Assembly: GCA_964106645.2 (NCBI GenBank) | Contig: OZ067044.1 | Length of the DNA: 64,000 nt | Source of the DNA: Podarcis pityusensis | Lineage: Eukaryota | Strand: one strand, 5' to 3' | Shown here: piece by piece, positions 1 to 9,783 of the stretch | Position numbering within the stretch: the stretch's first letter is position 1 | How the letters are laid out: each line of letters opens with the position of its first letter | Made by a program: the position numbers and the translations under genes | The notes under the pieces: generated by a model | What the model was told of the DNA's origin: nothing | What the model saw: only the letters and a program-made list of their open reading frames with translations | The model's database searches: none

Positions 1-480
1 TCCCTTTCACTACAGATGTTTAGGGATGATAAAGATCTTCAGCTCTTATTACAGTCAACAGCAGCCCTACCAGAACATTATCAAAGATATTTGATAGTCC
101 TGGAAACATGTTAAGATTTCCAATGACTACCTCTTAATTTGGCAGCTGCATTTTCCATATTCATGACCTCCAAGTGGGATTTGTAGAGTTTTTTTGTGGA
201 ATCAGAACATGGAAGGAAACACTATACAAGAGAAAGATATTGTGCAAGTATCTTCTGTTTCTGCCAATTCCACCCCTCAGTGCAGGCCCCCCACCATCAC
301 TACATTACGTGCCATTCCAGGGAACGCTCACAAACAACTTTCAATCAGGTGCGAGGGCCTGAAATAGGAAGGAGATTGTTGTGCGAGAAAAACACATACA
401 GTAAGATGTCATGTTGTACTAACCGTGAGTAACTTAAGTGTCATTACTTTCAATGGATCTAGTTTGAGTTGGGCTTAAAC

Positions 481-740
481 ACCTTGGAACTCAAACAACA
501 TGGAACCCAAACACTGCAAACCCAGAAGTAAGTTTTCTGGTTTGCAAACGTTTTTCAGAAGCCAAACATTCTCAGTTTTGAGTGTTACGCTGTCAAGTTG
601 AGTGCCACACTTCCGTTTTGAGTGCCACACTTCTGTTTTGAGTGCCACACTCCTGTTTTGAGTGTTATCCTGAGGTCTGTCTGTTTTTGCTATTTATTAG
701 GTGTGTGTTTTTGTGACTGTGTGGAACCCAGTTGAACTAC

Positions 741-771
<31 letters not shown>

Positions 772-992
772 GTGACTGCAGTACATTGTTTATTGCTTTC
801 ATTTTATGGCTCAATGGTCTCGTTAGTAAAATCCATGTTAAACTGCTGTTTTAGGGGTTGTTTTTAAAAGTCTGGAATGGATTAATCCATTTTGCATTAC
901 TTTCTATGGGAAAGCATGCCTTGGTTTTGGACCGCTTTGGTTTTGGAATGGACTTCCAGAACGGATTAAGTTTGAGAACCAAGTTATCACTG
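481..992. mobile_element. Tigger/Tc1-mariner-like non-autonomous DNA element, degraded left end, with internal ~21-bp tandem repeat and (GATT)n
   Basis: Right end ...gagaaccaagttatcactg|ta matches the terminus of the 38829-39070 element (gagaaccaaggtaccactg|ta); units like gttttgagtgccacacttcc repeat at ~575-670; left boundary approximate. Confidence 0.6.
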
Positions 993-1134
993 TATTTGTT
1001 TATTTTTATTATTGTTCCCACTTGCCTTCTTTTAAACTACTGTTTGTATATTATTAGACACCACATGCTTGCATATATATTTCTATGTACTGTACAACCA
1101 GGGCAGAATTTGTCTGCACATATACAGGAAAAAG

Positions 1135-1484
1135 AGACGTGGGTGGCACTGTGGGTTAAACCACAGAGCCTAGGAATTGCTGATCAGAAGGTCGGCGGTT
1201 CAAATCCCCGCGATGGGGTGAGCTCCCGTTGCTCGGTCCCTGCTCCTGCCAACCTAGCAGTTCAAAAGCACGTCAGAGTGCAAGTAGATAAATAGGTACT
1301 GCTCTGGCGGGAAGGTAAACGGCATTTCCATGTGCGGCTCTGGTTCACCAGAAGTGGCTTAGTCATGCTGGCCACATGACCCAGAAGCTGTACGCCGGCT
1401 CCCTCGGCCAATAAAGCGAGATGAGCGCCCGCAACCCCAGAGTCGGTCACGACTGGACCTAACAGTCAGGGGTCCCTTTACCTT
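1135..1484 (+). mobile_element. Sauria SINE, full length
   Basis: tRNA-like head (gggtggcactgtgggttaaacc...ggttcaaatccc), body shared with four other copies in the window, (ACCTTT)n tail, TSD tatacagRaaaaag. Confidence 0.93.
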
Positions 1485-1554
1485 TATACAGAAAAAAGGG
1501 TGGCTAGTAAATGTGCATCTGAAAACATACAGCATTCAGGGGGTGGTGATGTAG

Positions 1555-1760
1555 ATGTATTTTTCCATTAAACCTTTCTCTCCTCCAAGGAGCTTAAGGA
1601 GATGGGCATGTCTTCCCAGCCCCCACTCTTTTTATCCTGGTAAAAACAGTGTAGCAGTAGGTTAGGCTGAAAAATAGTGACTGGCTTCATGGCTAAATAG
1701 AGATTTGAACCCCTCAATCCTAGCCCTCTGCTCTATCCAAAATACCACAGTGACTCTCAA
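1555..1760 (-). mobile_element. degraded CORE-type tRNA SINE (MIR/Squam3-like)
   Basis: gtaggttaggctga...gtgactggc...gatttgaaccc; similar to 15180-15390 and 31842-32088; boundaries approximate. Confidence 0.5.
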
Positions 1761-3664
1761 GACTGAGATTAAGCATTAAAGAGGGATTCAAAGATATATT
1801 CCATATTCATAGCTCATTTTCACAGCAGGCTGGTTATGCAACTGAGTTCTCAGTTTCCTACCTATAAAATATCCTGTTCCTAGTGTGGCTTATTTCATCC
1901 ATTTTCATGAAGCAGTAATGGGCTTTACCTAAAAAGCCTGAAGCCAAATTCCATGTATCTGTATTTCCCCGCACCCCACCCTGCAATTACCATTCCCGAT
2001 ACTCTAGGTTCATTGCCCACATAAAACAATACCTTTTCATTTAAAGATTTTATTCTACCATCATAAGACGTTGCTTTTAGTGCTTGGAATCATCATCAGC
2101 TCTGTCATGCCTAAGAAAAAAACAATTATTATCATTTGCTTCTGGCACAGCAATCCCCATTTTGTGAGTAATGAATTATGAATTTAATACTTGTAAGAGC
2201 ATTACAAGATTAAATTAAAGTAATTAAATTCAAAATTACCTTTGAAAAAGAAGAGGAAGAGCTCTGCCAGAGCCCATCTAATTGTTTCCACAATTACACA
2301 TTTAAACCAATGCAGAACATCATCTTCATCATCCCGCCTTTTAACCTAAGGTCCCAGGCAGATTACAACAATTTTAAAAACAACATTAAATACCATGCAA
2401 AACAACTCAGTCACAAAAGTAGGGTGGGCCCTAAAAAGAATATGGAGGCATCTGAAAAGCATCCATGAACATGGGGACGTTTAGGGACCAGCAATGTCGC
2501 TCTTCTTGCTCAGTGTGGCTGCCATCACCCTAAGCTTGAGAATGATTGCTTGGTGGACCATGCTCTCATGACACCAAGGATTTAAAACTATTAAAAACTC
2601 CATTAAAAACCACTGGGTGTTTGATCACAGAATTAGTAAATCCTGAATTGGGGACACTTATCAGCCTGCCAGTGAGCCACATTCTTCAGCAGAACAGAGG
2701 GCATAAAGGCAGACAAGCCCCCAACCCCAAAAAAGTCTGAAACATTGACCCATCTCCAAGCAATTTATTGATACTTCTGATCTGGTTTGGTTATAACAAC
2801 TTCCAGATCAAGCCTGGGTCTTCTCTTTACTTGGCCTGACCTGACTGTCTTCCTTTCCTCCTGCTGCATTTGACCCCAGCCTGCCCTTTTCCCCAAACTA
2901 TTTGCCATCTCTACAATGCTGGCTTCTGTTGTTCTTGGATGGGTCCCTGGCTGGTGAAGATAAGCAACTCTGACATAAACAAAAACTTTTTTAAAAAAAG
3001 AGAGAAAAGGCATTTTAGTAATATCTATTTCTTGCTATGGCATTGAAGCCTTGTTGGTTTAATCCTGCAAACAGAACTGCTCATTTCTAAACAGGAACAA
3101 TTTTAGTTAGTCTCAGTTCAGGAGAGTGTATTACCTTCTCAAAAAAAGAGATCAGATAGATAAGTTTAATGATTTTAGGTCAGTGTTTAAGGTGAGAATA
3201 AAGACTGTTTACCCACTTTTTGAAGACACAGCCACATATACAGAGCACCACATTTAGCAAGTGCCAGCTTTCTGTGGTACCTGTATGGGTTGCATTAATG
3301 GTGTCCATGTGCAGATAGAATGGGATGCTTGGGGAACGAAAGGAAGGTGAAGTACTATTGCATGAATGAAAACCCATTCATGCATTGTTGGATTCCATCC
3401 TGTGTTTTTTTGGACACTTGGGATTGCCAGTGTTTACAATCAAATGCTGATATTCATCCAACCACAAATATTCACTATAATGCACCTAACTCAGAATAAG
3501 TCTCCAGGTGAATTTATAACGTTTTCCTTTCTACCAATTTTGGTTTCACATTATGTTATAGAAGCAAATGCAACTACCTGTGGAATAAACTGAATGTGTA
3601 TGGAAAGCCCAGATGTCATGTTTGCCAAAGGTTTGCTGTCCTGCAATTCCAACTCATTGCCTGA

Positions 3665-4072
3665 TGTGATGGGACGATGAGCTGCTTGTGTGTAAAATCC
3701 TAGTCCCTCAGAGTTTGGTCAAGTTTGCAAACCTCTGTCTGTAACGGAGCCCCTTAAACATGGCTCCGTCAGTCGCTGGCAGATTCCGACAGTGGTTGCT
3801 TTCGGAATCGCTTCCAACATAAAAGCTCCTTAACGGAAACACGTCTTCTGGACTCTCTGCGTGACAGTTTCCGGCGAGGAGTGGGTGTCCCTACAGGAGG
3901 TCCTGAAACCTCCCCACTGTTTTCGCTGGAAGTGTCTCTGAGCCATCCCTCCAGCTCCCTTTCCCTCAGCCCAGCTCCTCTCCCCCTACTGGTTCCCTCT
4001 TCAGCTGCTGAGTCTCTCCCAACCTGTGTGAGCCCTTTCACTTCCCTTCCTTCCGATGGCAGTTCCCTGACA
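3665..4072 (-). repeat. 3' LTR of the Gypsy element
   Basis: tgtgatggg...tccctgaca, identical to 7002-7409. Confidence 0.96.
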
Positions 4073-6744
4073 TCCACCTCCCCTCCAGGGCCCCCTTCAT
4101 CCCCTCTCGCCCCCTCCTCTACGGGCAGTGAGGAGGCAAAACCCCGGAATGAACTTCCTTCATCTTCCGATGTCCCGAACACTTCTCTCCACCTGTTGCG
4201 GTTCCTGGTCTCGAAGTACTCCTCCTCCTCAGAGTCCATCTCCCCTTCCCCTTCCGATTCCGAGAATCCTTCCAACTCCTCCTCCTCATCGGTGGTCCCA
4301 AAGTATTCCCTCCGGAACCTCTCCACAGGCTGAGGTTTCCTTGGGAACCTTTGATGGAACGTTTCTATCAATACCTCGTCATTGATATCTTCTGCCATTA
4401 CCCAAGTGTTTTCTGACTCCGGTTCTCCTTCCCACGCTACCAAATACTCCACCTGATCCCCCTTCCATCTGGCGTCGAGGATTTCTGCCACATGGCTGCT
4501 GCATTCCCTTTCTTCTATGACCGGTCCCCGAGTGGCCATCCCTTCTCGTCCCCCCTCATACGGTGACAGTAACGACCTGTGAAATACTGGGTGCAGTTTC
4601 ATGTGGTTGGGTAACCGGAGCCTGAAAGCCACTGGGTTGACCTGTTGAATGACCTCAAAGGGACCCAATCTCCTGGGTCTTAATTTCTTACAACCTCCTT
4701 TGAACGGCAACCCTTGGGTTGACAGCCACACCCTATCTCCCACCCTTATGGTTTCACCTTCCCTTCGGTTCTTGTCTGCCTGCCTCTTGTATTCTTCCTT
4801 CGCCCTTTCTAAGTTGAGTTGGAGCTGACGATGGATTGCTTCCATTTCTTCTACAAAATGCTCGGCTGCCGGGACACCCCATCTCTCCCCTTCTCCCCCT
4901 GGGAAAGCCCTGGGATGACACCCATAATTAGCCAAGAAGGGGCTCATCCCTGTGGACACATTCTCGGCATTGTTGTAGGCAAATTCCGCCAGCGCCAACT
5001 TTTCTACCCAGTCATTCTCTCTGTCATTGACATAACACCTCAGGTATTGCTGGAGGACCCCGTTTGCTCTTTCCGCCTGCCCGTTGGTTTCAGGGTGCCG
5101 GGCAGTCGAAAAGTTGACCTCCACCTGCAGTAAGCTCATGAGCTTCCTCCAGAACCTGGAAGTAAATTGTTTTCCTCGGTCTGAGACCACCCTCAATGGC
5201 ACCCCGTGCAACCTAAAAATGTGTTCTACAAATAACTTCGCTGTCTCTTCCGCCGTGACTGCATGCGAGCAGGCTACAAAGTGGCACATCTTTGTTAGTA
5301 GGTCTACCACCACCATGATGGCTGTTTTCCCCTTGGACTTCGGCAGATCAGTCATAAAATCTATCGACACTGCCTCCCAAGGTCGTTCTGGGGTTGGTAA
5401 GGGTTCTAATAGCCCCGCCGGTGCCCGCCTCTCCCCTTTGGCTCGCTGGCATTGCTCACACCCTCTTACATACTCCCGTACATCTTCCCTCACCTTAGGC
5501 CACCAAAATTCCCTGGTGACCAACCACATGGTTTTGTGTTGTCCAAAATGCCCCGCCGTGGGGCTGTCGTGCAACTGCTTGAGTACCCTCCCCCTTAAGT
5601 CTCCTTCAGGGATATACAGTGCCCCTTTGTAATACAAAGCTCCATTTCTTTCCTCGAAACCCCCTGGTTCCTCTCCCTCACCCCTAAGACCTCTGAGCTT
5701 ATTCTGGGCGTATTCATCATTCTCTGTTTCCTCTACCAGTTCTCTTTGTCCCACCAATGCCGCCCCACACACCCAGCGGTCCTCTGGAATGACATGTCTC
5801 TCTTCGTCCAGCACCGCCTGGACCTTGCCGGGATCCATGGCCAATCCCTTGTCTGACAGGCGATACCCCAGGAATTCCACCTCCTTGGTATGAAACTGAC
5901 ACTTCTCCAGTTTCACCCACAGCTGGTTGGCTTGCAGCCTGCTCAACACTTCTCTGACGTCTCTCACATGCTGCTCCTCATTCTCAGAATACACCAACAC
6001 GTCGTCTAAGAAGGCCACACAATTCTTGTAAAGCAAAGGCCCCAGGACGTGGTTCATAAACGATTGAAAGCACGCGGAGCCTCCTTGTAGGCCGAAGGGC
6101 ATAACTAAATATTCAAATGCCCCCAAAGGGGTGAACATGGTGGTTTTCCATTCATCCCCCTTCCTTATTCGTATCAGGTTGTACGCCCCCCTTAGGTCCA
6201 GTTTAGTAAAAATCTTTCCCTTCCTGACCCTTGTCAAAATGTCGTCAATCCTGGGCATAGGGAAAGCCACTGGTTCTGACACTGCATTTAAGGCCCTGAA
6301 GTCACACACAAGCCTCGGCTTGTTCGTGTTTTTTTTATCCACAAAAAACACTGGGCTGCCCCCCACCGCCCTGGACTCTCTGATGAACCCTCTCTTCAGG
6401 TTCTTGTCAATGAACTCTCTTAGCTCCTGCATCTCTCTGTCTGACATGGCGTACAGCTTGCCTACAGGGAGCTGTGCCCCAGGGAGTAAATTGATTTGAC
6501 AGTCAAAGGGTCTATGCGGGGGTAATTGGTCAGCTTCCCTTTCGCTGAAGACGTCGCGGAGATCTGCGTATTGTCGTGGTACCTTCACGTTCTCCGTTAC
6601 TTCAGTCCCTGCTAGGGTGGCTTGGGCCCCTGCCAAACCCTTTCCCTCTTTGCAGTGTTCTAAGCAATGTGCTGAACCAAAAGAAACCACTCTCTGATGC
6701 CAGCCCACCAGCGGATCATGTAACGCTAGCCAGCTCATCCCCAA
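3769..6744 (-). CDS. pol: Gypsy Pol remnant (991 aa): protease C-terminal tail, RT, RNase H deleted in frame, integrase (HHCC, DDE, GPF), chromodomain, acidic/basic tail
   Basis: ILGMSWL..HDP (PR end); FTKLDLRGAYN, MPFGL, FLDD (RT); HDSPTAGH...CEQC, IDFMTDLP, SDRGKQF, GQAERAN, RLGPF (IN); EYLVAWEG..ENTW (chromo). Confidence 0.93.
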   Translation of the reverse strand: MGMSWLALHDPLVGWHQRVVSFGSAHCLEHCKEGKGLAGAQATLAGTEVTENVKVPRQYADLRDVFSEREADQLPPHRPFDCQINLLPGAQLPVGKLYAMSDREMQELREFIDKNLKRGFIRESRAVGGSPVFFVDKKNTNKPRLVCDFRALNAVSEPVAFPMPRIDDILTRVRKGKIFTKLDLRGAYNLIRIRKGDEWKTTMFTPLGAFEYLVMPFGLQGGSACFQSFMNHVLGPLLYKNCVAFLDDVLVYSENEEQHVRDVREVLSRLQANQLWVKLEKCQFHTKEVEFLGYRLSDKGLAMDPGKVQAVLDEERHVIPEDRWVCGAALVGQRELVEETENDEYAQNKLRGLRGEGEEPGGFEERNGALYYKGALYIPEGDLRGRVLKQLHDSPTAGHFGQHKTMWLVTREFWWPKVREDVREYVRGCEQCQRAKGERRAPAGLLEPLPTPERPWEAVSIDFMTDLPKSKGKTAIMVVVDLLTKMCHFVACSHAVTAEETAKLFVEHIFRLHGVPLRVVSDRGKQFTSRFWRKLMSLLQVEVNFSTARHPETNGQAERANGVLQQYLRCYVNDRENDWVEKLALAEFAYNNAENVSTGMSPFLANYGCHPRAFPGGEGERWGVPAAEHFVEEMEAIHRQLQLNLERAKEEYKRQADKNRREGETIRVGDRVWLSTQGLPFKGGCKKLRPRRLGPFEVIQQVNPVAFRLRLPNHMKLHPVFHRSLLSPYEGGREGMATRGPVIEERECSSHVAEILDARWKGDQVEYLVAWEGEPESENTWVMAEDINDEVLIETFHQRFPRKPQPVERFRREYFGTTDEEEELEGFSESEGEGEMDSEEEEYFETRNRNRWREVFGTSEDEGSSFRGFASSLPVEEGARGDEGGPGGEVDVRELPSEGREVKGLTQVGRDSAAEEGTSRGRGAGLRERELEGWLRDTSSENSGEVSGPPVGTPTPRRKLSRRESRRRVSVKELLCWKRFRKQPLSESASD
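4073..4086 (-). promoter_or_regulatory. polypurine tract of the Gypsy element
   Basis: Sense GGAGGGGAGGTGGA directly before the 3' LTR. Confidence 0.85.
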
Positions 6745-6956
6745 TATAATGGGAGCTCCTCCCCAAACTTCTGCACCAATCCTGGTACCTTTCTGACGAG
6801 CTGGGTGTCTTTCCCCTTTTTGTCTGCATCCTGAGCCCTCCTCTCCTCAAGCCTCGCCGTCTGCAGCGCTAGCTGGACCTCCAACACCCGGTACCTTTCT
6901 TCCAGGCTTGGACCCGCTCCAGCTCCTGCTTCTCCGGTTCCGGCTGGGTTGCTCAT
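6735..6956 (-). pseudogene. gag: truncated gag N-terminus of the Gypsy element, joined out of frame to the end of protease by a deletion near 6760
   Basis: ATG about 45 nt downstream of the 5' LTR; coiled-coil-like LEERYRVLEVQL; sequence switches to the GAPIILGMSW protease frame at ~6760. Confidence 0.75.
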
Positions 6957-6988
6957 GATGCCTTCTCCTGCACAAGCTGCTCACGAAG

Positions 6989-6999
6989 ACTGTCGGAAT
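6989..6999 (-). promoter_or_regulatory. self-priming primer-binding site (Tf1-type)
   Basis: Sense ATTCCGACAGT, 2 nt downstream of the 5' LTR, is the exact complement of sense ACTGTCGGAAT within the LTR (7120-7130); no TGG tRNA-type PBS. Confidence 0.85.
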
Positions 7000-7001
7000 G
7001 C

Positions 7002-7409
7002 TGTGATGGGACGATGAGCTGCTTGTGTGTAAAATCCTAGTCCCTCAGAGTTTGGTCAAGTTTGCAAACCTCTGTCTGTAACGGAGCCCCTTAAACATGG
7101 CTCCGTCAGTCGCTGGCAGATTCCGACAGTGGTTGCTTTCGGAATCGCTTCCAACATAAAAGCTCCTTAACGGAAACACGTCTTCTGGACTCTCTGCGTG
7201 ACAGTTTCCGGCGAGGAGTGGGTGTCCCTACAGGAGGTCCTGAAACCTCCCCACTGTTTTCGCTGGAAGTGTCTCTGAGCCATCCCTCCAGCTCCCTTTC
7301 CCTCAGCCCAGCTCCTCTCCCCCTACTGGTTCCCTCTTCAGCTGCTGAGTCTCTCCCAACCTGTGTGAGCCCTTTCACTTCCCTTCCTTCCGATGGCAGT
7401 TCCCTGACA
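7002..7409 (-). repeat. 5' LTR of the Gypsy element
   Basis: Identical to 3665-4072; followed on the minus strand by the PBS and the gag ATG. Confidence 0.96.
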
Positions 7410-7760
7410 TCCGAGCTTACTTTCACATGGAGCTGGGCTGGGAAGCAAGCAAAGGCACAAGATCTTGCCATTCCACAGCCAGCAATGAAAACATTCTCAT
7501 TACCTGGAATTTGCCACCCACTACTATTCTGAGAAGCATGCAGCCAGTTTACTATGTGTTCAGCAGGCCTTCCTCACCACTTTTTAATATATTTATCCTG
7601 CGAATTCTGGTTTAAGCCAGTAAATAAGGAATACACAAGAGCTTCTATGGACCCAAAGATGAACAGTGGGCTAAGGTTTTATGTATTGATTCTAAACAAT
7701 AGATTCTTGTGTGCCCGTGCACTGAACATGTATATCCATTATTCATACATCCACTGAACA

Positions 7761-7921
7761 TAGGGATGCCATACATCTGGATTTTCCTGGACATTACCAG
7801 GATTTCAAAGGTGGAATTGATGACTTGGGAGAATTTGCAAAAAGTGGTGCTTTGTCCTGGATCTTAGGCAAGTCAATTGAAAAATCACGTTTTTTTGTGT
7901 TTTTGAAATATGGCAACCCTA
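7761..7921. mobile_element. hAT (Tip100-like) MITE
   Basis: TIR tagggatgccata / tatggcaacccta, perfect 8-bp TSD actgaaca. Confidence 0.85.
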
Positions 7922-8314
7922 ACTGAACACATCATCAGTGTTTTTAGCTATGAGATTGCTGGTTTCATGTTTGAGATATAGAGTCACTGATCTCATTCAA
8001 AGCACTGGCAATTTTTTAAGAAGACTAGTTCCAGTTAAGTACACTGTGCATATGATCCTGTGTGCCTGATGCATGTATTTTAACACTGTACAACACCCTT
8101 TGGCTAAGTCAGTTGAAAATCTGAACACTTAACCTCCCTTCTTCCATATGCATCTTTCCTGTAATAATTTATAAAATAGCACATTAGGTTTTGGTCAAAT
8201 ATTAAAGTAGCTTTTTTTTACCATGTTGTTAATATATATATTTGCACCTATAGATAAAAAAGACACACTGGAATCAAATATCTGTATTTCAGACAAGTTG
8301 TGAGTTTCAGTAAT

Positions 8315-8660
8315 GCTTGAGGGAATTGGGTATGCTTAGACTGGATAAGAGCAGACTGTGAGGAGATATGATAACCATTTTCAAATATCTAAAGGGCTGT
8401 CACATGAAACAAGCTTGTCTTCTCCTACACTGGAGGGTAGGGCCCAAACAAATGGATTCAAGTTACAACATCTGGAAGAACTTTCTGACGGTAAGAGCTG
8501 TTCAACAGTGGAACAGACTCCCTAGGGAGGTGGTGGACTCTCCTTCACTGGAGGCTTTTAAGCAGATGTTGGATGGCCATTTCTCATGGATTCTTACATT
8601 GCAGGGGGTTGGACTAGATGACCCTCAGTATCCCTTCCAACTCTACAATTCCATTATTTT
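8315..8660 (+). mobile_element. CR1 LINE 3' fragment
   Basis: Translation DMITIFKYLKG...FLTVRAVQQWNRLPREVVDSPSLEAFK is typical of the CR1 ORF2 C-terminus; cccttccaactct 3' end. Confidence 0.88.
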
Positions 8661-9783
8661 CATGTCAACACAAATGCTTATTCTAAAATAAAGAGGGAGA
8701 GAATCCTCTTTAGCTTATTCATATAAGTTACATTGGGAAAATGTATTTCTTTTTTCATCTTTGAAAAAGACCTTGAATTGGTGCCTTCTTAATTATGAAA
8801 TGTATAGAGCATTTTCAGAAATGACACCATTCTCTAATGCTCCTGTCCATTAATGAAGCAGATTCATTATTCATATTATGATGGCAAAGAATCATTACAC
8901 TGCTGTGGATAAGGTTGGAAAATTGAAATATTCCCTGCTAAGAAACTAATTGCATTTAAATAAAGTTAAATTTAAGAATGCAATGCTGGATTAAGTTCAA
9001 CTGATGTCAGACTGATTGTCAGACCACATGACAATGCAAGCTTCAGTACACATATTTGATGCCAAACACCACACGTTCTCCATATATATACTCTGTTGAC
9101 AGATGTGCAGTGCATATCCTATACATGTCAACACAATGTAAGAAAACTAAAGCAGTGAACTGAGGTCTGGAACTGAGCAGTTGGGTGAAGTCACATATAA
9201 CATTTTAAGTCTAGAAGTAGCGTCAGCACACATTTGCCGCCTTGGGGGAAACACAGTTTCAGAATGCAGTAAAGTGTGCATTCAGAAACCACTTTCACCA
9301 CAAATAAAATGCAACATCTGGCTTCACTAAAGATGCTCAGGCCTGAGAACAGGATTCAGAAACTCAGTAATGCTTGCCTCAAGTAGAAGGTAAACATTAG
9401 AAGCCTCGAGATTCTTACCTGGGTTGCATTAAAATCTGCACTAGAAAGAGTCATCCATTTAGCCCCTACTTTGATGAGATACACCTAGGAAAATTCATGG
9501 GAACTGTCTGACCCTGTGAAGGAGACTCTCTTGCACCAAGGAATGTCTGTATGGGTGAAACAGCTGCAGTCAGGGGAAACTGAGCAAATTCAGATTGATT
9601 CAGAGCTTAGCTGAGCTGCATCTCATTTTATTTGGGCGGGGGGGAGGAAATTAGCTCATTTTCAAGCTAATCTGATGTGAGCTGGTAAAATCTTGAGTAC
9701 ACCTTGTCTTCACCCACAGGTTGTCCTAGCTCAAAACATTCCAGGAAACAAGCCAAACAATGAGCTTTATGGACAGTCTTGGA

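Larger units (their letters stand above)
3665..7409 (-). mobile_element. Ty3/Gypsy chromovirus (Tf1/sushi-type) LTR retrotransposon, internally deleted, recent insertion
   Basis: Two 408-bp TG...CA direct repeats that are identical by eye; RT-IN-chromodomain order; PPT and self-complementary PBS. Confidence 0.97.

Noticed and set aside
575-670. ~21-bp repeat array superficially like a CRISPR
   Set aside because: Head-to-tail minisatellite without spacers, inside a DNA transposon, in eukaryotic DNA
1135-1215. tRNA-like A/B boxes (also at 22926, 26087 and ~32080)
   Set aside because: SINE heads, not tRNA genes
4819-6499. Plus-strand ORFs of 104-182 aa
   Set aside because: Antisense shadows of the Gypsy pol ORF with no recognisable domains
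7106-7471. 121-aa ORF and the antisense ORFs at 3881-4333 and 7218-7532
   Set aside because: They only repeat LTR-encoded sequence or its antisense and are not independent genes
9412-9450. Possible minus-strand microexon (tgcag|ATTTTAATGCAACCCAG|gtaag)
   Set aside because: 17 nt, not frame-preserving; such motifs are expected by chance in 64 kb
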